Source of the DNA: Octopus bimaculoides | Lineage: Eukaryota | Direction: 5' to 3' | Length of the DNA: 64,000 nt | Assembly: GCF_001194135.2 (NCBI RefSeq) | Contig: NC_068984.1 | Span: 62,166,202 to 62,230,201, forward strand | Notes under the pieces: model-generated | Seen by the model: only the letters and a program-made list of their open reading frames with translations | What the model was told of the DNA's origin: nothing | Database searches by the model: none | Shown here: positions 37,068 to 50,462 of the stretch, in pieces | Position numbering within the stretch: position 1 is the stretch's first letter | Layout: every line of letters begins with the position of its first letter | Position numbers and translations under genes: made by a program

Positions 37068-37611
37068 AGAAGCTTATCTTACGCTGCTATATGAATTGGG
37101 TTATCGCGTAAAAATATGTAGAGTGAATAAAAGAAATGTAGCAGTTCATTTTATACCTATATGATACAGAAAATTCATATTTGGGCACAGGAATTCCCCT
37201 TTGAAATCATTCTTTTACTTGTATGCAAATTTATTCCAAGTTAATTTGGAAGCAGAAAGGAAAATATATTTGCAGACGCATTGTACGTTTGTTTATAACA
37301 TTGTTTAACCTCAGGTTAGTCCCAATCATACAAATGTACCTTGGGGTGGCTTAGGCAGTTCAATGCGTAAATATCTTTTGTCGTAACCAGATTAAATTTT
37401 GCTCGACGCAAATATGGCAGAATTATATATGAATCTGAAACATTGATATAAATATCAATTAATGATAATGATCTTAAATGATATCCAAATATTTTCATGC
37501 CAGTAAATATTTTACAAGCTGGACTTGTTACATATAGGTTCCAAATCTCCTACAAATCAGAAACCACGGTACTGAAAGAAAACAATGAAATATTGAACAT
37601 TTTATTTGTAT

Positions 37612-37795
37612 AAGCGTTAGCACGCCGGAAACGTTACCTTGCAGTATATCTGACACTTTACATTCTGAGTTCAAAAGGCACCGAGATCGACTTTACCTTT
37701 CATCTTTTCGGAATCGATAGAATAAGTACAAGCTGAGTTCTGGAGTCGATGTAAAAAAATCAGGCCTTATGATTGTAGTAGAAAGAAATATATTC
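37612..37795 (+). mobile_element. tRNA-derived SINE, diverged
   Basis: GTTAGCACGCCGG...ACATTCTGAGTTCAAA..CACCGAGATCGACTTTACCTTTCATC aligns with 62204-62300. Confidence 0.8.
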
Positions 37796-38937
37796 TATTA
37801 AATCAGAGTTGATTTCTTTGAACAACGAGCCATATAATTACGGTGTTTGTAGCAAAACCACCGAAATAATTCCGATTCTCAACATTTAGACTGACTAGAA
37901 TGATTAGGTGAGAGGTATAGTTATAGCATCAGCTGTAACTACTTCTTTAGTGCTTATTTTATTGAGCACAGAAGTATCAAAAGCAAAGTCGAGAGTTGCT
38001 AGATTTCCAATCTTTGGTACTTTTTGGTCATCTCACCTCCATTAAAAACTTGAGTTATTTCCCCTCGTTTTATGAGAAACATCGGTACTTTTGGTTATCT
38101 CCTTCAACTGAATAAGTTGTTTAACTTTCAATAAAACAATTGTTAAACATGAAAGCTGAAAAAGTTAGACATCTTACTGAATCTGGTAATATTTTAGTAA
38201 CAAATCATACCATGCCTATTGAAGAGACTAAACGTCAACAATGTGTTGAAGTACTGAATCAAAAGGATCTAACTTATTTAATCCAATCTCTTGTCGCCAC
38301 ATTAATATTTTTAGTGGGGTGATAACCCAGTTTTGAATGGCATTTTTAAAAGTACCCAATCTTTGTAAAAATAATTACGTCAGTTTCCGACGATATAATC
38401 GAATAATTGTTTACCATAGGATATGAAAATAACAAATTAAGAAAAAAAAAATCCAAACAAGTTGAATATTTTTATGCCAGCCTTAAAGGTAATTCGTTGC
38501 AAGAAATAATAAACTTTTTTACATATATTGTATATATATGTAAAAAGATATCATCCACCGGCAAAGTATAGTTAGATTCCCTCCAAAATTGAAGGTTTAA
38601 AAGAAAAGCGGAGACAGTACATTTTGTATTCTAAAATATAACTCAAATATTGGAAACATAATGCTCATCTGTGTAAATATTCAGAACTACATTTCATCAA
38701 AAATTCTCTCCAAAATTGAATGTTTGAAACGTAAAGGGAGACAGTACATTTTGCATTCTAAATATAACCCAAAGAGGAGAAAAAGAAAGAAAGAGGAAGA
38801 AGAGACAAAAAGGAGATAAAGGAAGAAAAGGAAAAAGTAAGAAAGGAAGAAGGGAAAAAGAGAAACAAAGCAGAAAGACGTTCAGTGATAACTACATCAC
38901 AACTGTTTTTTTTATTTCATCAGACCTCGTATATGTA

Positions 38938-38987
<50 letters not shown>

Positions 38988-40491
38988 GAGCGAGAGAGCG
39001 AATGAGTGCGAGAGAGAGAGGTGGTGAGACTTTTAAGTTTTAAATGTCAATGAAAATGTAGTTTTTCTAAAATTTTTAGGTGAGCAAATTTTCCAAGGAC
39101 TGGAAGTCAAAATAAAAATATGGATTGGGAGAGTAAGATTTTCGGTCTAATATCGAAATTAGTCTCCAAATAACAATGATAAAGGAATTTCGATAAAACT
39201 GTAGTTGAAATCGGTTTTTGCGAAAGACGCTATAAATGCAATATTTGTAATATGCCGATTATGCATATTAATTTCTTCCACAGAGAAATTATTACCACAT
39301 GATGAATGCTGTGAAAGTGTCGTAATCCTAAAGATGAAAAGTGTTTAAATAAATACATTCACCTCTCATACCTCCTGACTTTTTAATAGGAATTTAAATA
39401 CACACACACACAGAGCTGCACGCACACACACACACACATACACACGCACTCACACACATACATATATATGTGAAAAGAGAGGGAAAACAGCGAAAGAGGG
39501 ATGGACCGAAACGTGAAGTAAATTGTCGATGATGCATTTCATTTCTTAGTTACTGCATCGTTGCTATGATCTTTCATTCTCTACTATAAAATAGGATTTT
39601 GATATATTTGTAAGAAAAGGAATGTGAAAAACCCCTAAAATTATATGCTTACACTAAACACAAATACGTTGTCATGGTATTCTATTTGAAAGGGATTTTT
39701 CCCCGTCTCCTTATCTCTTTCGCTCTTTCGGTGTGCGCATGAATTATTTCTGATTTGTAGTTAACTGTAATTGCAACAAACGTTTGATTAATTTCCTCTC
39801 GAATGGTAGTTAATTACAACAAATCAAGAATCTATTCTTTAAATTATTGCCACCGGCCACTCTGACTATTTTTCTCAGTTTATTTTGTTTTATGCAAATT
39901 CCGCGTAGTCATAAATTTATTTACTATCTTTGTATACAACAAAATCTCTCATCTGTTTGATCGAAAGTTGGATAATATATGTGCTGATGACGGCGCCTAT
40001 TCTAGCAGAAATACATGTCCGCAGGTGTCAACCTGTCTCCAGACTAATAGAATACGTTGAAAGTTATCTTAGTAATTTTGAATCTCTAGATTGCCTCGTT
40101 CTCCTTCGGTGTATATCGAAATTTTACGGAGAATTTATTTAATATTTTCCTGAAGAAAAGAAATTTTCGTTATGATATTTAATATTATTTGCATTTTGTT
40201 CCTTTGCTGGTGGACGCTCAAATTATATCTCTTACCGTCTATCTACCTATGCATGTATGTATGTATGTATGTATGTATGTATGTATCTATCTATCTATCC
40301 ATCTATCATTCACTGTGTGTGTATATATATATGTATATATATATATATATANNNNNNNNNNNNNNNNNNNNNNNNNNNNNNNNNNNNNNNNNNNNNNNNN
40401 NNNNNNNTGTATGTATGTATGTATGTATGTATCTATCTATCTATCCATCTATCATTCACTGTGTGTGTATATATATATGTATATATATACA

Positions 40492-40620
40492 TAGGCGCAG
40501 GCGTGGCTGTGTGAGAAGCTTGCTTCCCAACCACATGGTTGTGGGTTCAGTTTGACTGCGTGGCACCTTGGGTAAGTGACTTCTGCTATAGACTCGGCCC
40601 GACCGAGTGCATTTGGTATG
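40492..40620 (+). mobile_element. tRNA-derived SINE head (second family)
   Basis: GGCGTGGCTGTGTG..AAG.TTGCTT.CCAACCA.ATGGTT..GGGTTCAGT....GCGTGGCACCTTGGG.AAGTG is shared with 49986-50067; has an A-box/B-box-like layout. Confidence 0.8.
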
Positions 40621-41582
40621 TAACACACACACACACGCACACACACACGCACCCATACACACGCACACACACACAGAGGCACACACACACACATATATAC
40701 TTGCATATATGCGTATATCTGTTATACATATGTGTGTATCATTTAGAACATCTGTGAGTCAATTTGCCAAGAACTTTATGTTCCATTTTTAGGAATTTGT
40801 ACTAAAATAACCAATAAGATGAACATCTTTCGTACGACGCCTACGGTTGAAGTCAAAATCACAAGAGGCAGATTGTGAAGTACGGTAGGAAGAACAAAAA
40901 GAAGCGGAGAAGAGGAATGGGATACTTTGCAGCTCTGAAGGTTCTGAGTCCCCTACAGATTAAAGATGGGTGTGTTTGTGTACCTTTTTCTTAATATAAA
41001 AACTACTCGATGGGCTGGTTGACAGTCAAACTAGTGATCACTTTATGCGTGGTTGAAACACCATGACATTTTTGCCGTATTTATATGTATAAATTTTTGG
41101 TAAAGTGCTGCAATTGATACAAGGCATAGAAACTTGTTTCACGAGGCGTATAAAGAGTGCATCTATAAGGTAGAATTTTAACCGACATTTTCCTTATAAG
41201 TAAGTTTAGCGCTTTACATAAATATTACTTTATAAAATATACAGACACACACACGCACACGTACACATACAAAAACATACATGAATTAGATATATTAATT
41301 TCCTGAGAACAAGCATATGTTACTGGAAGTTAATTACTGCTAGTGCGATTTAATTAGGAATACCGTCACACGGAGCATAAACGTTAACATCGGACTTAAT
41401 TCGAAATTTCAGTGCACTAATGTTTATAAAGCCTAACACAGGAGGTGTCAATACTTAATTGAACTGGAATAGAATTCCTTTTTTGTTGCATATGTTGATA
41501 GATAACTGCTAGAGTGTAACATGGGACTCAAAGTATCCGTATCCATAATGTCCAATGTGTAATTCTTTAACATGCATACGCA

Positions 41583-41637
<55 letters not shown>

Positions 41638-43153
41638 ACATACACACGCCACCCACATATTTAGTGTCAGTATATAAATATATAGATACGTATGTATGTG
41701 TTTGCGTGCATGTGTGTGTGCATGAGTGTATGTGTCCATATATTTTGCTCATCACAATATTGGTGGAAAATTTACCTCATACTCTTATCGACTCAGCAAG
41801 TATTTTATCATGATAAAAGCCAACTCTGATATTACACGATGATCAATATAATAAAAATTAATTTTACCAATTCTAAATCCGATTGTCTAGTATGTCTAGT
41901 ATAAAAACAAACTCTAGATTCTCTGACAGGGAAACTTCCTCATGAAACAGATTTGCATGTTGCAACATTCCCCAGGTGTGATGTCGAACTATATAAATAT
42001 CATTTATTAAAATTTAAGGGAATTTGAATTAGTTATCTTCGCTTAACTAGAAAGCAATTAGTTAGTTACGTAAATGCACGTCATGCAGAGGAGTTATCGA
42101 TTTAAAAATACAAAAGTGAACAACAAATTCTTGGAAAATTTGTGTTAAGTTTTCAATATAAATTTTTTTTCAGTTTATCTTTCAGTGAAATGATTCTAGC
42201 GAATAGTTTAATGAAATTGTGAAGAGATAGTTGTCCCTAGATTACAGACGATTTAAATTTGTTTTCAAGTATAGTCTCTAAATAAGAATTAGAAAAAACA
42301 GTATATAGCAGAAATGCAGTCTATAACAGAAATAAAAATATACTTCTGATGTTACACATGAATCTAGCTATCTTCCCAATCAGCAAAAAGAGATATTAAG
42401 TTGGTAAACTGAAGTACTTAAGCGGTTAGCATACAACAATATGGCAGCCGTTTATCCTTACAACCATAATACCGAAATTTCATTTCGGATATATCTTTCT
42501 ACGAATGTCGTAGAATGTTCTCATGCAGACAAATTAAGTCGAGAAAAATGGAAAATTCAGAAATTATAACGGACCCGTTGAAGATTCCCGATTATTTAAA
42601 TATTTTTTTTTACTAGATTTAGTTTGAAATCGCACAAAAATAATTAAAATGCGCTCCTCGACATTGAATTCTTCGTGTACACTCCATTGTTTGTTTACGT
42701 TCGGCGAATAAAAGGTTTCAGTATTGCAACTAACAAGTGATATGAGATTGTAGCTCTGAAAAAGCAGGATATAGCAACAGAAACATGGCTATATCAACCA
42801 TGGAAGCAAACAATACAAACCAATTGCTTAGGATATACTTATTTGGATTTGTTCCATGTATATAGATCTTTAAATTCATTTAACATTGGTGATGTAAAAA
42901 ATGCTGTTAGTAATAAAACCTTTTATTATGTTCTTATTTCGTGTTGGCTGAATAACACGGCCATTCAAATAACATTCCTTTCTGCTTTAAGGTCATATAG
43001 TCATTTCAAGTACCCATTTTTCGTTCCTTTTTCTTCAGAAATGTCAATAAATGTTTAGCATTTAAAATATAGTCACACACACACACGCACCCGTATATAT
43101 ATAGATACATATATACAAGTGTGTGTGTGTATAAATAAGAATCATATGACTTA

Positions 43154-43732
43154 GGTACTTAAATTGGGACATCTCGTTAGGTTTAAATAATATATACTTA
43201 CAACTATATTATGTAAATATCAAAGTTGGTATATAAGTACCGGCCGAATTATATTCTTGCAGCGTGCAGTGTGCGTAGGTAAGTATACCCAATTGAAATA
43301 GTAGCAGGATCACTGTAAATGTTCCTGCTCCGTGGATCTGAAACTTTGTTAATCATTTCGAACATCCTTTATTTTGAAATTCATGACGAAAACGGTTTCT
43401 TTATAATGATGTAATATTTTCACTAATCAATTAAAGGAATCGTTAGAAACGGCCGTAATGGATTGACACCTGCATTTCTACTGTTACTCATATTTCATTC
43501 ACCTGTCTCGAAATCTGCTGTTCGTAAATATCATGGACCATATATCTAATATAATGAACATGTCTGAATAGCACAAGAGCAGATTTCTTCACTCAGCTGG
43601 GTCTTATTGTCTACAAACCCTGCAAGATTATCATTCAGCCGGTACTTATGTATCTTATCAAGTTTGATATTTACATAATATTGTTCTCCGTGTATATTAT
43701 TCCGAGCTAACGAAGTGCCCAATTTAAGTACC
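43154..43732. mobile_element. MITE with ~115 bp imperfect terminal inverted repeats and TA target duplication
   Basis: Left TA|GGTACTTAAATTGGGACATCTCGTTAG...ATTATGTAAATATCAAAGTTGGTATATAAGTACCGGCCGAA...CTTGCAG; right CTGCAAG...TTCAGCCGGTACTTAT...TTTGATATTTACATAAT...CTAACGAAGTGCCCAATTTAAGTACC|TA. Confidence 0.85.
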
Positions 43733-44430
43733 TAATTAAATTTAAGTACCTAATTCAGATTATCAGATGTTGTTATACATTGTTCGTCATACTGCGCTTC
43801 CAATTGATCCCTAATCGCGCTCTTATTTCTCACCTTGGTTCAAAGTTTTAGTCCCTTGTAATGAATACCTTCTGAGTGACCTTTCACGATCTCTTGTAAC
43901 TGTGCGAGTTCGTCTGTTGTCTGTGAATCTTGTGATATGCCAGGTCCAGCAGAACTTGTAATTTCGCTATTCAGCGATCACATCGTTCCCTCCTCTTCGT
44001 TTTCGAATTATATCATCTCGGATTTTTTGTATATATGAATGTATGTTTTTGTGTATAACACACAAACATACAAATATACATATATGAAATAGATGGAGCA
44101 ACACAGAAGCGTCAAAAGTCCAGAAAGAAAAACAGCATCCAATATCATGTAGTGATGTAATATATTAATTTTCATGGAAACGTGAATCATCATAGCTTAC
44201 AAATCCGATTTGGTATTCGGTAAAAGGAACACCTTAATTCGAAATGTGGGAAGTTTAACTTTTAGTGTAGTCTCATAAATCATATTTGACTAATTTGTGG
44301 CGACTGGAAACCAGTAAGAAATATTGTAAAAAGTATTAAGTCGAAGCAAGCTTATGTTGATAATTGAAAATTCCGGTTTCACTAAAGAAGAAGAATTGGG
44401 TTTTAAATCGCGCGCGCACACTCGCGCGCG

Positions 44431-44470
<40 letters not shown>

Positions 44471-44639
44471 CACACACAACTCTCTCACACACACACACAT
44501 ATATATACGGAAAATTCGATCGATGAGAATGAGTGCTCAGTGCTGCATTAATAGATAGAATATCTTTATTTCGTTATTAATGCTACAATTGGTTTCACGT
44601 TAAAAAATATCTTAATATCGTTACTTTTATTCAAGCCGG

Positions 44640-45130
44640 TCGTCTGTATCTCTGGCTTTAGCAAAGATGCTCCATTTCATAAAACCTTCTTCCAATGCCC
44701 ATATCATGTTAGATAGGGATGTTACATGCCTTTAATTTTTGTCTCTGAAAGACGCCAGGTATTGTGTGTACGTTTCTCTGAACGGGTTGCCCGTCATTCT
44801 GATATACATCTTTGCTACCCCGTAGGGATCCGTGATTTTAGCCTTGTATGTAATTTCTTTCTCTAGATAGTTGTTATTTACTGGACAGTGACTTTGACAT
44901 CTACAATTACATTGTCTTTCGGGGGTATTTCCGCTGTATCTTTATTGGGGTTGAGTATTATGGATTCTATATTGGGAAGGCAACTGTAACTAACTCTGTG
45001 TTTATGTTGAAAATCTTGTGGTATTTGTGTGAGTGTTGGAAATGATTGTATATTAATTCTAAGAATTTCCTAACTATGTTAGTGGCTACACTGATGCTAT
45101 AAGGTGAGTTACACTATAAGATGTTCCTCT
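44640..45130 (-). mobile_element. Naiad-type Penelope-like element remnant (linker + GIY-YIG endonuclease)
   Basis: RNIL*CNSPYSISVATNIVRKFLELIYNHFQHSHKYHKIFNINT / RVSYSCLPNIESII / QCNCRCQSHCPVNNNYLEKEITYKAK / KMYIRMTGNPFRE-Y..SFRD..TSLSNMIWAL..KWSIFAKA. Confidence 0.85.
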
Positions 45131-45162
45131 GTCTGCGTATTCTTGATCTCTCTCTATCAGCT

Positions 45163-45238
<76 letters not shown>

Positions 45239-46066
45239 ATATATATATATATATATACTAGTATGAGTATCTGCATAGAAATTATAATATGCGGTGTATG
45301 ATATCATACAAAAATTGCAATAAGCTAAGTTACAGTCAATGTATTTTGGACATTTGGTGTTGCTGTACATAGATTATAATCTATACCCGTTTATAACAAG
45401 ATATCAGGAGCTCAGAAATTCTAATCTACGCCATTATCATTGTAGCATGATAGTAAATTAAATTGATTCATTTAAATTAATTTCATGAACATATGTGTTC
45501 GGTAATAATCAATAAGGGTATTGGATTAACTGCATCGATTTGTCCGAGCACTACGTTTATAAGAAATATCTACCGGCAAATATATTTTTATGTCTTCTTG
45601 GCTATGTCCGTGAGTGATACTAAATGAAGAATATGAAAAAAAAAAACCCCAGAAAAACAGAATAATTTTGAATATCTACAACTCTTGAGGATATATTTTT
45701 CTTATATGTGTGGTTATTGTGTTTGTACTTATGTGTGTTAGCACATGGATGTTCGAAGGCGATGCAGTGTGCTTGATGCACCCAACAGAGATTATTTCTT
45801 CAGAATTGATGTTGCATTCTATAATTTCTGGGAGATTACTTGTGTAAAGACAAGTAATAAGACCTGTTTCGTGAGTAATTACAGTATGCTGCTCAAGAAC
45901 ACAACACGCTGCGTTTAAAGTCATGAAATTGCAATCGTGAGTCTAATTCTAATCACGAGGTTACCCAACTTCAGCTAATCGAATATATACATACACAATA
46001 CGCATACATATAGGCACACTCACTCACACATATACACATAGATAAATATACATATATATACATATA

Positions 46067-46098
<32 letters not shown>

Positions 46099-48808
46099 NN
46101 NNNNNNNNNNNNNNNNNNNNNNNNNNNNNNNNNNNNNNNNNNNNNNNNNNNNNNNNNNNNNNNNNNNNNNNNNNNNNNNNNNNNNNNNNNNNNNNNNNNN
46201 NNNNNNNNNNNNNNNNNNNNNNNNNNNNNNNNNNNNNNNNNNNNNNNNNNNNNNNNNNNNNNNTGTGTGTGTGTGTGTGTGTACAGATAAACAGATAGAT
46301 AAATAAATCATTTAATAGCGCATGTGCATAAGGCAGTGCAACTCCGTACGTTACCGTTTAGGTTGCGAGAGTATTAGCAGTTATCTAAGCAACTTATAAC
46401 AGTATGACGCAGACATTAATAACCATCAAGTGATCATATCAATGTATTGGACGTCTTAGGAGAACAAAAGTAGATGACATATATACATATATATATATAT
46501 ATATATGAATTTTCTCTCACTTTTTCCCCTACATTTACAACAGTGTGACATACATTTAGGTTCGAATTATCTATGTCTCTAAGATATTTAGAACTGCAAA
46601 CATAATTAAGTTGGAAATTGTCTAAGTCATTAAATATTGTGAATGACTACATGCTACAAATACAGCTTGATCAGGTGAACAGGATTAATGGTGTCGAAAT
46701 ACACTAGATACTTTACGTAGAATTAAACGTACTGAAAATATTTCAAGCCAATTTCTTTTTGGCATGCTTCATAAGATCATACAAAAATTACAGCCGGAAC
46801 TTAGAATTTACATTGGCAACAGATCAAAGTATGCCATTAAAAATTTTTCCCCATTTAGTCTAATCTTTAAAGGCTAACAAGAGAGTGCCCTTTAGAAATT
46901 CTTATTATTTTGGCTATTTCACACTTTCATTTTCCATCTCCACTTCTTTTCATTAACATTATCATTATTTCAATAAGCATTATCATATTTTGTATAACGT
47001 AAACATTGATTAACGTGCCAGAAGATTTTAAATAGCTGCTGCATAAAAAAGCAGTTTGTGGAACAAGGTTAGATTTTCAGATTTACTTAAAGTAGGACTA
47101 GCTTTAATCATTCGCGTCTATAATATTTTAAAAGGAAACACTAAATTTTTATATCGGATAAAGTAAATTTTCATGGAAGGTAAGCATTCGTAATAGATAT
47201 AAGTTTCAAAATCGCACTGGATTTATTTGTTTCTTTCATAGTAATTTATTTGACAATCGAAAGTAGTAAGTATATAAAATCTTGTAAGTAGTAAACAACA
47301 TTACAGCTAGAGTGATTAATCACTTCTTGATATCCATTTGGTGAAAGTAAATTGTCATAGAATTTTTTATTTAGTTCTTCATAGGTTGTTAGGGATTTTT
47401 TTGCATATTTTTTATTGCAATTCGATTTACTTGCGAATAGTACTAACAATTCGAAGCGTGTGTTCATATATTAGATAATCCCAGAAATATAGTCACAGCT
47501 GCAAGCGTTTTATTTATCAGAAACACTAAGTAGTTTATCCCATATTTTGAATTAAAACTATTATTATTCTTACGCACTAGTGTAAATGCAATTCATGCTC
47601 TTACACTTTCAGGAGGCTCCCCAAGAACAGAAAGTATCAGCTTATTAACTCAATTTCAGTTTATTATCCATTAATATGGTGAACTGCGAAATTCAGTTCA
47701 CCATAATGATCCGTGCCAACAATCCGTGCTGATGGTCCATGCCAGCAATCAGTCTGGATGAGTTCAATCTGTTTAATTTCTCTGCTGAATTGATATATAT
47801 TATAGCAAAATCAAATGCGACTGTCGTAGAGAAAATTCTTACGATCTTAGGTTTACTTCAGAATTGACCTGCAATAAAATAGTAAACAGCAATACCGTCC
47901 AGAACGCGAAAACATCAATCAATCTCCTTGTGCTTATAAGCGAAACAAGAATTTCGAGTAACTAGCTCGATCCTTATTATAATTCTGTTTTTAAAGAGAC
48001 AAATTCGCAGTCTGGGTAGATTATAATAAAATCAACCTCATTTGAACTGCCCTAAGGTGTACAACTTTGTTTGTATGTGCAGTGTTTCCTATTACAAAGT
48101 TCCAGAAATATCTTTCAAAATGTACTTTCTGATCTTTACCTAAAAGTTTTCAGGCATATTCTAATTTCCTGGAGGACCTGGGCCCAATACACTGCTGACA
48201 TTTAGTATCATTAATCAATTTATTTTCACTAGCAAAGAGGAACTTAAGCTGATGGATTATTTTAAATAATATCTGATAACTTTTCCATGACCTTCTCACG
48301 ACATATCCTTGCCGTAATTTTAACAACAGGATATCAGTATTCGACCAATATCAGCAGAATATATGTTCTATGCTGAAATTTAATATACTTTCAATTATTG
48401 TGACTCATCTATTGAAATCCCTAACTTTTGATATACAGTATTTCAGTTCTGCTTTATGGCACTTTGATCTCGTATAAATATATTCTAATTAGCACCAAAC
48501 AGTAATTCGAACCCGATTACAGAGGTCGAATAACACGTTAGTTCAAAAGACAAATTTACCTATAACGTGAATTCGAAAGAGCTTCTCTTGTTCAATTAGG
48601 AGAAAGTGATTTATGGTTATTGATCTTCATTCCACCTATCTATTGGGACGAAAAATATCTTTTCACGCTTCAAATTTTATCCATCATAAATAAAATTACA
48701 ATTTCAACATAAATCGATTTTCCTTTCCTCCCCTTTGATAGAAAAATCTAGACTAAAGATTCTAAATTTGTAATGTAATGATTTATTTCTTAGTCACCAG
48801 AGCAATAT

Positions 48809-48914
<106 letters not shown>

Positions 48915-49564
48915 GCACTTCAATTAATCAACTACCTGGTATTATGGGTACTTGTCAATATGAGGGTGGTCGTAAGATAAGAACAAATGAGAGAAATATT
49001 GTATTCAATGAAATTTATCACGAAAGAGCCTAGAAATAGTCACGTATTATATATACTTCATAAAGACATCAAGCAAGAAATCTATGACATAAATATTTTA
49101 AATGGAAACAAGCTTTTCATAATTGTATGAGAAGATAAATTCAATTTAAAATGTAATATTCTTTGTATTGAAATATATTTGTGAATGGAAATGTAGTTTG
49201 GCTTCATGCTGTATATAAATGAAAGCGGAAATAGCATGCCCCCACAAAATTACAATTTTAAGGAACACGTAATAATACAGATATTTCAATTTACTTCCCT
49301 ATTTAAAAAATGAAGATCATAGTTACAAATTGTATAACTTTCTTAGACGTCAGTGGGAAATACGAGGCGATATGATTCGAAAATAGGGGCTTTTCAATTG
49401 TATGAACAAATGCGTACCTCAAGTGTTAAGAAAATTCGTTTCTACTTAAAATGTTTGAATAATTTCTTAATTCAATGGGAGGCAAAAACAAACCCAAACC
49501 AAACTGACGAGGTATATTTCTGCCCAACATTCATTTAAATTTAGATATGCGTGTTAGTATGTTA

Positions 49565-49772
49565 GCAAGCAGGCAGAGTGGTTATTAAAGCGGATTGAAT
49601 GCTTAGCTCCATTTCGTCATTACGTTCTGAGTTCAAACTGTACTAAGGTCGACTTTGCTTTTCATCTTTTTTTAGGTCGATAAAGTAAGTACTAGTTGAG
49701 CACGGGGATCGATGTTATCGATTGCTCACCCTCCCCAAAATTCCTGGCCTTGGGCCAAAATTTGAAATCACA
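49565..49772 (+). mobile_element. tRNA-derived SINE
   Basis: TTACGTTCTGAGTTCAAA...GGTCGACTTTGCTTTTCATC...GGTCGATAAA.TAAGTAC...GGCCTTGGGCCAAAATTTGAAA aligns with 62184-62410. Confidence 0.85.
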
Positions 49773-49982
49773 ATCTTGTTCGAGCGTCGCCACATTTTCT
49801 TATTTTATAATGTCTTCTTTTGGTTATTTTTATTCATTTTACCATCGATATGTCTTTCTCAGTATTATTGTTTTTTGTCTCCCTCTCTCTTCCTCTGTCA
49901 AAGTCCCTATCTCTCTCCATCTATCTCCCTCTATTTCCCTCTATCTATCTATTTAAACACAAAAACACATATACACATAGAC

Positions 49983-50375
49983 ACAGGCGTGGCTGTGTGA
50001 CAAGAAGACTGCTTTCCAACCAGATGGTTCCGAGTTCAGTCCTGCTGAGTGGTACCTTGGGCAAGTGCCGATAAAAGCCGACCAAAGCCTTGTGAGTGGA
50101 TTTGGTAGAAAGAAACAGAAAGAAACAGAAAGAAACCCGCCGTATATATGTATATATATATGTGTGTGTGTATATGTGTGTGTGTATGTGTGTGTGTATG
50201 TATGTATGTATATATATATATATATATATATATACNNNNNNNNNNNNNNATGTATGTATGTATATATTTATGTGTATGTGTCTTTGTTCTGTGTTTGTCC
50301 CCGACCATCGCTTGACAACCGATAGTGGTGTGTTAACGTCCCCGTAATTTAGCGGTCCGACAAAAGACACCTCTA
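49983..50375 (+). mobile_element. Bipartite tRNA-derived SINE (head, internal microsatellite, truncated 3' module)
   Basis: Head as at 40492, then GCCGACCAAAGCCTTGTGAGTGGATTTGGTAGA, (TA)/(TG)n, then the 3' module shared with 9002-9075. Confidence 0.85.
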
Positions 50376-50377
50376 GA

Positions 50378-50462
50378 GGCTATAGTAGAAGACACCTGCC
50401 CAATGTGGCAGGAAGTGGGACTGATCCTAAGCACCATGTGGTTGGAAAGCAAGCTTCTTACA
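50378..50462 (-). mobile_element. SINE head, inverted relative to 49983
   Basis: Reverse complement AAGAAGCTTGCTTTCCAACCACATGGTGCTTAGGATCAGTCCCAC...TTGGGCAGGTGTCTTCTACTATAGCCTC. Confidence 0.8.

Noticed and set aside
40257-40490. Duplicated ~75-bp block on both sides of a 56-N gap
   Set aside because: Microsatellite-bounded and identical; most likely an unmerged contig overlap.
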